Counted from the stretch's first letter, positions 35,304 through 42,394 are shown. The stretch is DNA of 44,475 nt from a virus (IMGVR_UViG_3300017691_000001:1-44475); one strand, 5' to 3'. Made by a program: numbers and translations. The notes: generated by a model from the letters alone, not told the origin.

Positions 35304-35419
35304 CAGAGCCAGTTCCATGCCCTAAATGCGAAGGCCAAGGCCGCATATGGGTCTACCGTATCGACGACAGGCGCTATCCTATTCCCTGTCCTAAATGCAA
35401 AGGCCGTGGCATTGTCTGA
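35300..35419 (+). CDS. Mini zinc-ribbon protein (39 aa) with two CxxCxGxG motifs
   Basis: Hand-found: MTEPVPCPKCEGQGRIWVYRIDDRRYPIPCPKCKGRGIV. ATGA overlap with VRR-NUC. Confidence 0.55.
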   Translation: MTEPVPCPKCEGQGRIWVYRIDDRRYPIPCPKCKGRGIV

Positions 35420-35669
35420 AACCCACCCCGTCCACTGGTGGCTGACCGAAGTCCTGTCCGGCCGCATCGCCCTGAAAGACGCGCCTGCCTCTATTCAGAG
35501 CTGGGCGCGTTTCCCCATATTCGAAGGCGCAAAAGAGATCATCTGTTTGCCAGATCAGGTTCAAAGAAAAGCCGCACTAGCCAAGATCCCCCCGGCTGTG
35601 CGGCCCTATATTGAGGCGGAGATTGTGCGGCTGTGGCCTATGCGGGTGGAACTACGCCACCACCTCTAA
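35406..35669 (+). CDS. Hypothetical protein (87 aa)
   Basis: GTG-start ORF. Its 3' end overlaps the convergent gene 35652..36089 by 18 nt. Confidence 0.5.
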   Translation: MALSETHPVHWWLTEVLSGRIALKDAPASIQSWARFPIFEGAKEIICLPDQVQRKAALAKIPPAVRPYIEAEIVRLWPMRVELRHHL

Positions 35670-36089
35670 GCCCACGCTCTCGCAAGCCGCCTGAAATTGC
35701 GCGGGGTCGCGTATCCAATGCGCCCCGGTTTCTAGCTGGCGGCGAAGGAGGGCGTCGCACGCAAAACTTAGCAGTTCCCGCTCCATATTACTGTCATAAG
35801 CAGAACCCAGGCCGCGCGCTGCCGGCGGCAAATCGTCATGCGGTTTACCAGTGGAAATGCCGTGCGCCACCAAGTGCACGATGCGTTGACAACCTCTGTT
35901 CCATCCGAGATTGCAAACCTCAACGGCTATGGCTTTCTTTCCTCGCAACGACCGTATGACATGCGATACGGCTTGATTGCTGACGCCCAAATCCTTGGCT
36001 ATCACCTCTCTGCGAGGGCATGGCTGATCCTCCAAAGCCAGTTTCAAGACGTAATTGTAGAACGCTCGCTCTTTCGGCGTCATCATCAT
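35652..36089 (-). CDS. LexA-N-terminal-like winged-HTH DNA-binding protein without a peptidase domain (145 aa)
   Basis: TPKERAFYNYVLKLALEDQPCPRREVIAKDLGVSNQAVSHVIRSLRGKKAI parallels the LexA DNA-binding domain pattern (LTxRQxEV..I....G.PP...EIA..LG..S..AV..HL..L..KG.I). Last gene of the antisense operon. Confidence 0.7.
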   Translation of the reverse strand: MMMTPKERAFYNYVLKLALEDQPCPRREVIAKDLGVSNQAVSHVIRSLRGKKAIAVEVCNLGWNRGCQRIVHLVAHGISTGKPHDDLPPAARGLGSAYDSNMERELLSFACDALLRRQLETGAHWIRDPAQFQAACESVGLEVVA

Positions 36090-36349
36090 GCCGAAACCCT
36101 CCCGTTATGCCCGCACCAGCCGCGTGCACCACAACGCCCACAAGGGGCGTAGGGAAGGGTGGAGCGGATTTGCAAACCATCTACGCCACTGTCTGTAGCA
36201 ACCCGGTTAAATTGTGGCTTCATCTGCCGCTCAACACGGGAGCCGATCAGAAACCCTGCGACCTTGTCCATCTCGGCAACTGTGCGGTGCTTACCCAAAA
36301 ACGGCTGATATCCGACCAAATGGCCGTCTTCCATGACTGCTACTAGCAT
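36086..36349 (-). CDS. Hypothetical protein (87 aa), middle gene of the antisense operon
   Basis: ATG with TAATG upstream and ATGA downstream couplings. C-terminal CGRCGARGWCGH Cys cluster. Confidence 0.55.
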   Translation of the reverse strand: MLVAVMEDGHLVGYQPFLGKHRTVAEMDKVAGFLIGSRVERQMKPQFNRVATDSGVDGLQIRSTLPYAPCGRCGARGWCGHNGRVSA

Positions 36350-36546
36350 TATGCTTTCCTCTCTTCGAACTTGGGTTCCGGCTTGCCTTCCGTCAGCGCC
36401 AGCAAGTCAAGGCTTTTCCAGTACAGGCGCGGCACGCCGTTTTGCCGCCAATTCTGCCAGCCTCGCTTGCTGAGGTTGTAATGACCGCGAACAATCGTTT
36501 CACCGATTGCTTCGATCGCCGGAGCGTGGGGGTGTTTGGTAGCCAT
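36349..36546 (-). CDS. Cro/YdaS-like small HTH regulator (65 aa), apparently leaderless
   Basis: ATG 36546 chosen (MATKHPHAPAIEAIGETIVRGHYNLSKRGWQNWRQNGVPRLYWKSL...). Resembles the Cro/YdaS pattern (A..lG.s...VsqW....iP). No SD. A -10-like CATATC ends 7 nt upstream of the ATG. Confidence 0.55.
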   Translation of the reverse strand: MATKHPHAPAIEAIGETIVRGHYNLSKRGWQNWRQNGVPRLYWKSLDLLALTEGKPEPKFEERKA

Positions 36547-36634
36547 GGCGCAGGATATGCGCGCCTTGAAGAGGAATGGCAACCGCAAATTATGCGTAAT
36601 TATCGTTGACAGGCGCAGATTGTGCGCCCATACC
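36547..36634. promoter_or_regulatory. Divergent switch region: two operator-like inverted repeats over back-to-back promoter candidates
   Basis: IR-1 GCGCA-GGATA-TGCGC (36548-62). IR-2 GGCGCA-GATTG-TGCGCC (36612-28). Rightward TTGACA (36606-11), 17 nt (= IR-2), CATACC (36629-34). Leftward TTGCCA (rc of 36577-82), 17 nt, CATATC (rc of 36554-59, inside IR-1). Also AATTA-TGCG-TAATT (36588-601). Confidence 0.55.
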
Positions 36635-36658
36635 ACCATCACAGAGAAGGAGCACCCC

Positions 36659-36916
36659 ATGCAAACGCAAGACGATATCATCGCCGCCATCCAGCGCTTG
36701 CCGCTGACGGACCAGATCAACATCATGCATAAGGTAGCGCAAGGCAGCGACTTCGACAGCATCGCCAACCACCTGGCCCATGAGCTGGAAAGCGTCCTCA
36801 CGCGCATGAAGGATGATGCCCACGACGCGGCGGTGATGGAGCAGACGCGGTTGCATGGTCATGAGGTGAGCTATCTCACGCTGGTTCACAATCGTAACGG
36901 CGGGGTGTGGCTGTGA
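36659..36916 (+). CDS. Hypothetical protein (85 aa), first gene of the rightward accessory operon
   Basis: ATG 36659 preceded by GAGAAGGAG. The upstream part of the longer track ORF spans the operator region. Confidence 0.62.
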   Translation: MQTQDDIIAAIQRLPLTDQINIMHKVAQGSDFDSIANHLAHELESVLTRMKDDAHDAAVMEQTRLHGHEVSYLTLVHNRNGGVWL

Positions 36917-37092
36917 CCCGCATCCGTTATCAGGGCCGCGACTATCATACCCCGGCGTATATGCCGGTGCAGGAAAGAGAGAGGATCGAGGGGATGAACA
37001 AGGAATTCGACCGGGGCAGCACATGGGCTATGTTGCTGGCTGTGTGCGCCATTTTCTGGTGCGCGGTGTTTGCATGGATTTTCGCAGCATGA
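36907..37092 (+). CDS. Small C-terminally membrane-anchored protein (about 59-61 aa)
   Basis: GTG starts at 36907 or 36913 (GTGA overlap). TM segment WAMLLAVCAIFWCAVFAWIFAA. Confidence 0.5.
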   Translation: MAVTRIRYQGRDYHTPAYMPVQERERIEGMNKEFDRGSTWAMLLAVCAIFWCAVFAWIFAA

Positions 37093-37286
37093 CCGCCCCT
37101 CAGACTGTGGCCGATGTGCTGGCAACGGGCCGCTTCCTGCTTGATCGATTGGTTGACCATGAGGTCCGCATGACCAGCGACGAAGATGCCCGCGAGTGGT
37201 TCGGACATGTCACGCCCGCAATGGAGCGTTTCCGCGCCGCCCTTCGCGCAGCCGCCACCTCCGCCCGTCAGGGAGAGACGAAGTGA
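37089..37286 (+). CDS. Hypothetical protein (65 aa; alternative ATG at 37074)
   Basis: ATGA overlap with the upstream stop. Confidence 0.5.
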   Translation: MTAPQTVADVLATGRFLLDRLVDHEVRMTSDEDAREWFGHVTPAMERFRAALRAAATSARQGETK

Positions 37287-37699
37287 GCCGGTCGGGATAT
37301 AGCGACGACATCGACCACTGGGCGATGATCCGTTGGCGCGGGCAGGTCGCGAGCGCAATCCGAGGTAAGCGCGGGCAACAGTTCCTGCGTGACCTGGTCG
37401 CCGCTCTGGATGCGATGCCGGAGAAGCGACTGATCACGAACAGCTTGGAAGAGGGCGGCAACGTCTGCGCGATCGGTAGCGTCGGCAAGGCGCGTGGTGT
37501 GGACATGACGGGCCTCGACCCGGACGATAGCGGGACCGTCGCGCACGCTTTCAACATCGCCGACCAGTTGGCGCGCGAGATCGTCTACGAAAATGACGAG
37601 GGGCCGTACGCAGAAACGCCGGAGCAGCGCTGGTCACGGATGCGCGCTTGGGCTGCTGCGAACCTCTCCGCCCGTCAGGAGACCCGACATGGTGAATGA
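37283..37699 (+). CDS. Hypothetical protein (138 aa)
   Basis: GTG after GGGAGAG (GTGA overlap). WRGQVASAIRGKRGQQFLRDLVAALDAMP...VCAIGSVGKARG is a motif I recall from phage proteins of unknown function. Confidence 0.62.
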   Translation: MSRSGYSDDIDHWAMIRWRGQVASAIRGKRGQQFLRDLVAALDAMPEKRLITNSLEEGGNVCAIGSVGKARGVDMTGLDPDDSGTVAHAFNIADQLAREIVYENDEGPYAETPEQRWSRMRAWAAANLSARQETRHGE

Positions 37700-37994
37700 G
37701 AAGCTGCTGCCGTGCCCGACACCGTGGTGCGACGACGAGGAAAAGTACGTATGGCAGGGGCCAGATGACCGCTTCCGCATCATCTGCGGGTGCTGTCAGG
37801 TCGAAGGGCCGGCTGCCGATGACCAGCAAGAAGCCATCGCCGCCTGGAACACCCGCGCACCGGCTGATCTGCGGTCGGCGCTGGAGACGATAGCAAAGAC
37901 CGGTGAAGGCTGGGGCACGTCTGGGGATGGTCACGCCAAGTGCATCCAGATCGCCCGCGCAGCCCTCGCCCCGACCAAGGAGCCCGCAGCATGA
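37689..37994 (+). CDS. Lar-family restriction-alleviation-like protein (101 aa)
   Basis: MVNEKLLPCPTPWC...RIICGCCQVEGP...QQEAIAAWNTRAP fits the Lar pattern (L.PCP.C ... C..C..gP ... eAi.aWN.R). Confidence 0.7.
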   Translation: MVNEKLLPCPTPWCDDEEKYVWQGPDDRFRIICGCCQVEGPAADDQQEAIAAWNTRAPADLRSALETIAKTGEGWGTSGDGHAKCIQIARAALAPTKEPAA

Positions 37995-38317
37995 CCAAGT
38001 ATCGCAAGAAGCCGGTCGTAGTCGAAGCCGTACAAGTGGTCGCGTCTGATTGGAACGGCTCTAGCTTCGACGGATCGCCGTTCAGCGCTCATCCGGGCTG
38101 GCTTCTAGAGGCAGTAAAAACAGGCGCTCTTGTGCCTGTCACCCCAAACAGCACCGACTACGCTGAATGGGAAGTCCGCACGCTGGAAGATGGTGCTGAC
38201 GGCAGGGCCAAGCATATCGCCACCCCCGGCGACTGGATCATCCGGGGTGTCCAAGGCGAACTCTACCCCTGCAAGCCCGACATCTTCGCAGCCACCTATG
38301 ATGAGGTGCAGTCATGA
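37991..38317 (+). CDS. Hypothetical protein (108 aa)
   Basis: ATGA overlap. MTKYRKKPVVVEAVQ...PGDWIIRGVQGELYPCKPDIFAATYDEV is a recurrent phage family of unknown function. Confidence 0.65.
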   Translation: MTKYRKKPVVVEAVQVVASDWNGSSFDGSPFSAHPGWLLEAVKTGALVPVTPNSTDYAEWEVRTLEDGADGRAKHIATPGDWIIRGVQGELYPCKPDIFAATYDEVQS

Positions 38318-39159
38318 CCAACACGACCACCGATGCCGCAGAGGCGCGGGCAACTGCGCTCGCAGAGTGCGCCGCTATCGCAGAACGCTGGCGGGACGAG
38401 AACAAAGCATCCGCCGCAAAGGCTCGTAAGTCGGCACGTGTTCGCGGCGACAACGGTATGGCTGACCAGCTTGAAGGCGCTGCCATCGAATGCAACGCCA
38501 TCGCGCAGGAAATCCGCCGTCTCGCCACCGCCGAAGCCGCGAGCGGGGCGGGGGAGCGGGAGGAGTGGAGCTTCACTCCTGACACGCGCGAGGCGAAAGC
38601 CGTTGCGCAACTATCCGAAGAGCAGGAGCTATCGCCCCAAGCCGTTATGCGGCAGGCGTTGCGGCTGTACCAATCGGATTTCCTTCGGCGCAAAGCTGGC
38701 GAGACGGTCACATGGTCCGGCGATGCGCAGCGCGCTCGTGACTTTGCTGGTCCGCTCGCCTCCCTCCCGCCCGCGACTGACCCCGCGATGGTGCTGGACG
38801 GCAATGACATCTGGGAAGCGCTGTTCGGCATCATGCGCGGCAACGTGCCGGACGAAATGACCGAAGAGGTATGCAGCCAGCTTGCCGCCGCCCTCGCAGT
38901 CGCCCCGACCATCCCAGCTACGGGGGAGGCGGTGGTGGTAGAACGAGCAGCCGCAATCGTTGAACGGGGCTTTCGCTGCCGGACCTGCGATGTGGTTTTC
39001 GTCGAGGATCACGCTGACATCATGGGTGGCCACCCGGATAACGGGTGCGCCGCTCCAAACTGGGATGCGCTGGATGACATAGGCAAGGTTGCGGCCATTC
39101 GTGCCCTCGCCACCATCCCAGCTACCGGCCATGCAGCGACCGAGGGGGAGGGGGCGTGA
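38314..39159 (+). CDS. Hypothetical protein (281 aa) with a ribbon-helix-helix-like segment and a duplicated TIPATG motif
   Basis: LSPQAVMRQALRLYQSDFL is RHH-like. APTIPATGEA and LATIPATGHA are repeated. There is a CRTC...GC Cys cluster. Confidence 0.68.
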   Translation: MTNTTTDAAEARATALAECAAIAERWRDENKASAAKARKSARVRGDNGMADQLEGAAIECNAIAQEIRRLATAEAASGAGEREEWSFTPDTREAKAVAQLSEEQELSPQAVMRQALRLYQSDFLRRKAGETVTWSGDAQRARDFAGPLASLPPATDPAMVLDGNDIWEALFGIMRGNVPDEMTEEVCSQLAAALAVAPTIPATGEAVVVERAAAIVERGFRCRTCDVVFVEDHADIMGGHPDNGCAAPNWDALDDIGKVAAIRALATIPATGHAATEGEGA

Positions 39160-39323
39160 AGCCGCGCGATGGCATCCGCTTCGTTGCGGCACTGATCGCG
39201 GCGAAACTGGCTGACGGCGCAACCGCGCTGCTGTTTGACGGCTATCGCGCCGATCCGGTGACAGCATGGATCATGGCAGCCTTAGTCACGATCCTGTGGG
39301 CTATCCGGGAGCCACGTCCATGA
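39156..39323 (+). CDS. Possible small membrane protein (55 aa)
   Basis: Hand-found GTG ORF that fills the gap exactly with GTGA and ATGA overlaps: VKPRDGIRFVAALIAAKLADGATALLFDGYRADPVTAWIMAALVTILWAIREPRP. Confidence 0.45.
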   Translation: MKPRDGIRFVAALIAAKLADGATALLFDGYRADPVTAWIMAALVTILWAIREPRP

Positions 39324-39598
39324 CCCCGCCAGACCCCCAGCAGGTAGCCGAGATCGCGGGGCGCTTGAGCAAGGCGCAGCGGGAGGCGGTTGCCGGCGCG
39401 CAGCAGATGACCCCGTTCATGTACGGCCCTGACATTTACGAAGTCAGGGCGGGCGGGGCGACCGTGGCCATGTGCAAGAAGGGGCTGATCCGCGACCGTG
39501 AATTTCGAAGCCTGACCGGCAAATCACGGCGCACTTACGTCCTCACCCCGCTCGGCCTCGCCGTCCGCAACTTCATCCAAGGAAATTCCCATGACTGA
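39320..39598 (+). CDS. Hypothetical protein (92 aa), possibly winged-helix-like
   Basis: ATG 39320 (ATGA overlap). KKGLIRDREFRSLTGKSRRTYVLTPLGLAVRNFI is suggestive of a wHTH. Confidence 0.55.
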   Translation: MTPPDPQQVAEIAGRLSKAQREAVAGAQQMTPFMYGPDIYEVRAGGATVAMCKKGLIRDREFRSLTGKSRRTYVLTPLGLAVRNFIQGNSHD

Positions 39599-39890
39599 CC
39601 ATTTCAACGGGCTGTCCCCGGCAGAGGCAGAGCGGCTAGCTATGCTTGCGGAAGAAGCAGGCGAAGTGATCCAGGCCATCGGTAAGGTGCTGCGCCATGG
39701 ATACGCCAGTACGCATCCAGATGGCGGCGCAGACAACCGGGCGCAGCTTCATCGTGAGGTGCTCGACTTCACGACCGTGGCGCAGGCTATGGTCGCCGCA
39801 GGCGATCTGACACAGCTTGCTAAGACGCCGGACATTTGGCGGAAAAAGCTCCGCTACAGTCATCATCAGAAGGCTCGCGGCCATGACTGA
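39591..39890 (+). CDS. MazG-like nucleotide pyrophosphohydrolase (all-alpha NTP-PPase)
   Basis: AERLAMLAEEAGEVIQAIGKVLRHG carries the EExxE metal-binding signature. The size, 99 aa, is typical of phage MazG-like proteins. Confidence 0.72.
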   Translation: MTDHFNGLSPAEAERLAMLAEEAGEVIQAIGKVLRHGYASTHPDGGADNRAQLHREVLDFTTVAQAMVAAGDLTQLAKTPDIWRKKLRYSHHQKARGHD

Positions 39891-40329
39891 TCTGATGGAG
39901 CTGGCCTCGCGCGTGGAGGCGGGAATAGCGTCGCGTGAGCTTGAGATGCGCATCAAGGCTGCTGTTTATGGCGGCGTGGCGTTGCAGTCGCCTTTCAACG
40001 GCGAGTGGTGCATCTACCGGGCAGGGACTACCGATGCCCGGACTGGCAAAATCATGGAGCGGCCGCGTTTAATTGCGCACGCAGACTGGCTGAGGGATAG
40101 CTATATGACCTCCGCTGACGCCGCCATGCAATTGCCACCGGGAGACGAGTGCTGGCGTGTCGGCCATGATGCGGATGACCCAAGCTGGTTCATGGCACAG
40201 TGCAGCTACACGCCCGAACCCGGCAAAATGGGCTTCATCGTAGGGCGTGGTGATACAGCCGCCGCCGCCCTCACCGCAGCCGCCCTCCGCGCCCGCGCCC
40301 ACCAAGGAACCGCCCATGTCGAACAGTGA
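39883..40329 (+). CDS. Hypothetical protein (148 aa)
   Basis: ATG 39883, in frame within track ORF 39817..40329. Confidence 0.6.
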   Translation: MTDLMELASRVEAGIASRELEMRIKAAVYGGVALQSPFNGEWCIYRAGTTDARTGKIMERPRLIAHADWLRDSYMTSADAAMQLPPGDECWRVGHDADDPSWFMAQCSYTPEPGKMGFIVGRGDTAAAALTAAALRARAHQGTAHVEQ

Positions 40330-40504
40330 TATTCTCTCCGCCCGTCAAGCCGCCGCAGCCGCGTATCCCGACTTTTTGGTTGACACCAAGGGGCGTCAGC
40401 ACCGATGCATACCGCGAGAGGCTATTTTGGCGGGCAAATATGATGATGGCGATGTTGTGAGGCGGCATATCGTCCCCGCATACCCCCAGGGGAGGGCGGC
40501 ATGA
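40316..40504 (+). CDS. Hypothetical protein (62 aa)
   Basis: ATG 40316 within track ORF 40247..40504. Confidence 0.5.
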   Translation: MSNSDILSARQAAAAAYPDFLVDTKGRQHRCIPREAILAGKYDDGDVVRRHIVPAYPQGRAA

Positions 40505-40851
40505 AGGCGCTGCTATTGCTCGCCGGCCACGCGCTGTGCGATTATCCGTTGCAGGGCGACTTCCTGGCCAAAGCGAAGAACCGCGCCGCCCCGCTGCCGG
40601 GTGTGCCATGGTATCAGGCGCTTGGTGCGCATGCTCTGATCCATGGCGGCATGGTGGCGCTGGTCACCGGCTCGACGCGCATGGGCATCGCCGAGACGGT
40701 CATTCACGCCATAACCGACGACCTGAAGTGCAAGGGGCGGCTGTCGTTCGATCAGGATCAGGCGATCCACATCGGATGCAAGATTCTGTGGGCCGCTCTC
40801 GCCACCCCCACCGCAGGTATCCCGGACACTACCCAGGATGGGAGAGCGTGA
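40501..40851 (+). CDS. DUF3307-like membrane protein
   Basis: GHALCDYPLQGDFLAKAKNR matches the H.l.D(F/Y).lQ...mA..K signature. Hydrophobic segments are present. Confidence 0.65.
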   Translation: MKALLLLAGHALCDYPLQGDFLAKAKNRAAPLPGVPWYQALGAHALIHGGMVALVTGSTRMGIAETVIHAITDDLKCKGRLSFDQDQAIHIGCKILWAALATPTAGIPDTTQDGRA

Positions 40852-41111
40852 TGCGAATGAGCGACCGTCGCTACCATGTTCCGACCAGTGCTCCTGTCGG
40901 GCGTATCCAGATGCGCGCTAGGCGAAAAGTGGATGCCAGAAAGCGCATGAAGCCGAAGTCTTGGCCCTCTGCCTTTTGGTTCGCCTCCGACCTATTCGCG
41001 CGGGGGAATGCCACCCGCAGGCTCCGTTTCATGGAGCTAGCTCCGCACCTTTTCACCACCCCGCCACCCTGCGGACTGGCACCCGCATCCTCCGAGGGAG
41101 ATAGAGAATGA
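40851..41111 (+). CDS. Possible basic hypothetical protein (86 aa)
   Basis: The ATG shares a base with the upstream TGA. Arg/Pro-rich composition makes coding status uncertain. Confidence 0.4.
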   Translation: MRMSDRRYHVPTSAPVGRIQMRARRKVDARKRMKPKSWPSAFWFASDLFARGNATRRLRFMELAPHLFTTPPPCGLAPASSEGDRE

Positions 41112-41290
41112 CGGACTGGATACCGTGGGATGGTGGCCGATGCCCGGTCCATCCTCGCGCGCGAGTTGTTTGCCGGCTCGGCAACGGCATCGTCATGAAA
41201 GCGGCGATGGCGAAGGGGCGAGACTGGAAGCGCTATGAGGGCGATATGAAGGGCTGGCAGATTACCGCGTACTACGAGGTGCCCGCATGA
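41108..41290 (+). CDS. Hypothetical protein (60 aa)
   Basis: ATGA overlap. The WIPWDGGRCPV motif recurs in phage small proteins. Confidence 0.58.
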   Translation: MTDWIPWDGGRCPVHPRARVVCRLGNGIVMKAAMAKGRDWKRYEGDMKGWQITAYYEVPA

Positions 41291-41604
41291 CCCAGACCAC
41301 CGACGCCGCGCTGGTGGAGCTACTTCGCGGAATAGCCTACGTCGCCGGCCCTGATAGCCAGCAAAATGGCATGGCGCTCGACAGTGAAGAGGCGGGCCTG
41401 CTGACTGCTTACATCGAAGCACAGGCCCGCCGGATCGAGGCGCTGGAGGGGGCTCTGCGGCCGTTTGCAAAGGCTGGGGCGATTGCCGGCGAGCGCGACC
41501 CGCGATGGGACTTTTACGCTTACCGTCCGGCTGCTGGTGATGAGTATGCAATTATGGGCGATCACCTGCGCACTGCAAACGCTACCCTAGGAGACGCCCC
41601 ATGA
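41287..41604 (+). CDS. Hypothetical protein (105 aa)
   Basis: ATGA overlap. No motif recognised. Confidence 0.6.
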   Translation: MTQTTDAALVELLRGIAYVAGPDSQQNGMALDSEEAGLLTAYIEAQARRIEALEGALRPFAKAGAIAGERDPRWDFYAYRPAAGDEYAIMGDHLRTANATLGDAP

Positions 41605-41723
41605 CCCCGACCCTTCTCGCCCTAGCCTATACAGCCATGGATCAAGGGGAGTGGTGGGTTGCTGTGGGGGTGGTGGGGCTGGCAGTGGTGGGGCAGATTG
41701 GAGGACATGATGGAGCCGAATAA
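41601..41723 (+). CDS. Possible small membrane peptide (40 aa)
   Basis: Hand-found: MTPTLLALAYTAMDQGEWWVAVGVVGLAVVGQIGGHDGAE. ATGA overlap. Confidence 0.4.
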   Translation: MTPTLLALAYTAMDQGEWWVAVGVVGLAVVGQIGGHDGAE

Positions 41724-42030
41724 GATGCAGTGGCCCGACATGGCGGATGCGCCGAAGGATCGGCCTATCCTGCTGCTAGTGAATGACTTTGGCGAGGGTG
41801 ATCACGACGCCAATCTCGGCAATGTCGTGATCGGGCGCTGGCAGGACCGATGGGGCCGTGAGAACGAACTGATGCCGGTGGAATATCAAGGATGGGTGTC
41901 AGACATCAAGACCCATGAACAGTCTCAAGCGCCGATGCAAACCAAGCTCAACCCGATCGGCTGGTATGATCTGATCCACCCCGCGCTCCCCGTCCATATT
42001 CAGCCGCCGGCCGCAATCTACCAGTCGTGA
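41707..42030 (+). CDS. Hypothetical protein (107 aa), DUF551-like
   Basis: ATG after GGAGGA. W..(D)..P.DRPILLL...W...GW...NPIGWYDL pattern. Confidence 0.58.
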   Translation: MMEPNKMQWPDMADAPKDRPILLLVNDFGEGDHDANLGNVVIGRWQDRWGRENELMPVEYQGWVSDIKTHEQSQAPMQTKLNPIGWYDLIHPALPVHIQPPAAIYQS

Positions 42031-42151
42031 GGCACCGCCGCCTCCTAGCCGTCATGGCCCTGCTATGCGGGATGCTGGTGGGGATGATGGGGTGGGTGCT
42101 GATTAATGGGCGCTAGTGGAAGCTAGTGGGTTTGTGCTTTCGAGTATGAAT

Positions 42152-42216
42152 TGGCAGGGCTGCGGGGGCTCGAACCCCGCAAAGTCACGGCGCGCTTTCC
42201 GTGAAACCCCAGCCCG
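42152..42216 (-). ncRNA. tRNA-like element: acceptor-like stem, one hairpin, canonical T-arm and 3' GCCA. It has no D-arm and no canonical anticodon loop.
   Basis: Minus strand: c-GGGCUG-ggguu-UCACGG-aaagcgcg-CCGUGA-cuuug-CGGGG-UUCGAGC-CCCCG-CAGCCC-u-G-CCA. Stems 42215-10/42162-57, 42204-199/42190-85 and 42179-75/42167-63. The 7-nt loop TTCGAGC fits the T-loop consensus. Confidence 0.5.
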
Positions 42217-42234
42217 ACGCTGTTGCCCTATAAT

Positions 42235-42335
42235 GCTGCGGGCGTAGCGGGGAATAGCACGCAGTCCGACAGTGCTGTCATCCGCCAGCCGCCGTCCGCA
42301 ATCGGACTTGAAGACGATCACACCTCGCCCGCAGC
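42235..42335 (-). other. Long-range perfect 10-bp helix enclosing nested or alternative stems, adjacent to the tRNA-like element
   Basis: gctgcgggcg (42235-44) / cgcccgcagc (42326-35). Inner pairs agtccga (42263-69) / tcggact (42302-08), and agcac (42256-60) / gtgct (42272-76). Confidence 0.5.
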
Positions 42336-42394
42336 GTGCCAGACCTACCCCGTCGTTCAACGGATCACCCTAGCCATAGAATCATGCCACAATC

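Noticed and set aside
42027-42116. 29-aa GTG ORF (VRHRRLLAVMALLCGMLVGMMGWVLINGR) after the last early gene
   Set aside because: It is plausible as a tiny TM peptide with a GTGA overlap. It is too short and unsupported to list as a feature.
42152-42230. Canonical tRNA (78 nt from AGGGCAA to CCA) or tmRNA
   Set aside because: No D-arm can be drawn. The would-be anticodon loop has 8 nt (AAAGCGCG), with no U33 and no sensible anticodon. The acceptor pairs for only 5-6 bp. No tag-like reading frame (ANDN...) or distant GGGGCUG-type 5' partner was found on either side for a one-piece or permuted tmRNA. It is kept only as a tRNA-like element.
42103-42360. 85-aa TTG-initiated minus-strand ORF covering the structured non-coding zone, and plus-strand ORF 42336-42764
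   Set aside because: The translation is Arg/Gly-rich. The start is non-ATG with only a weak SD-like GGGTG. The DNA is dominated by perfect helices and a T-arm motif. Coding potential cannot be fully excluded without comparative data.
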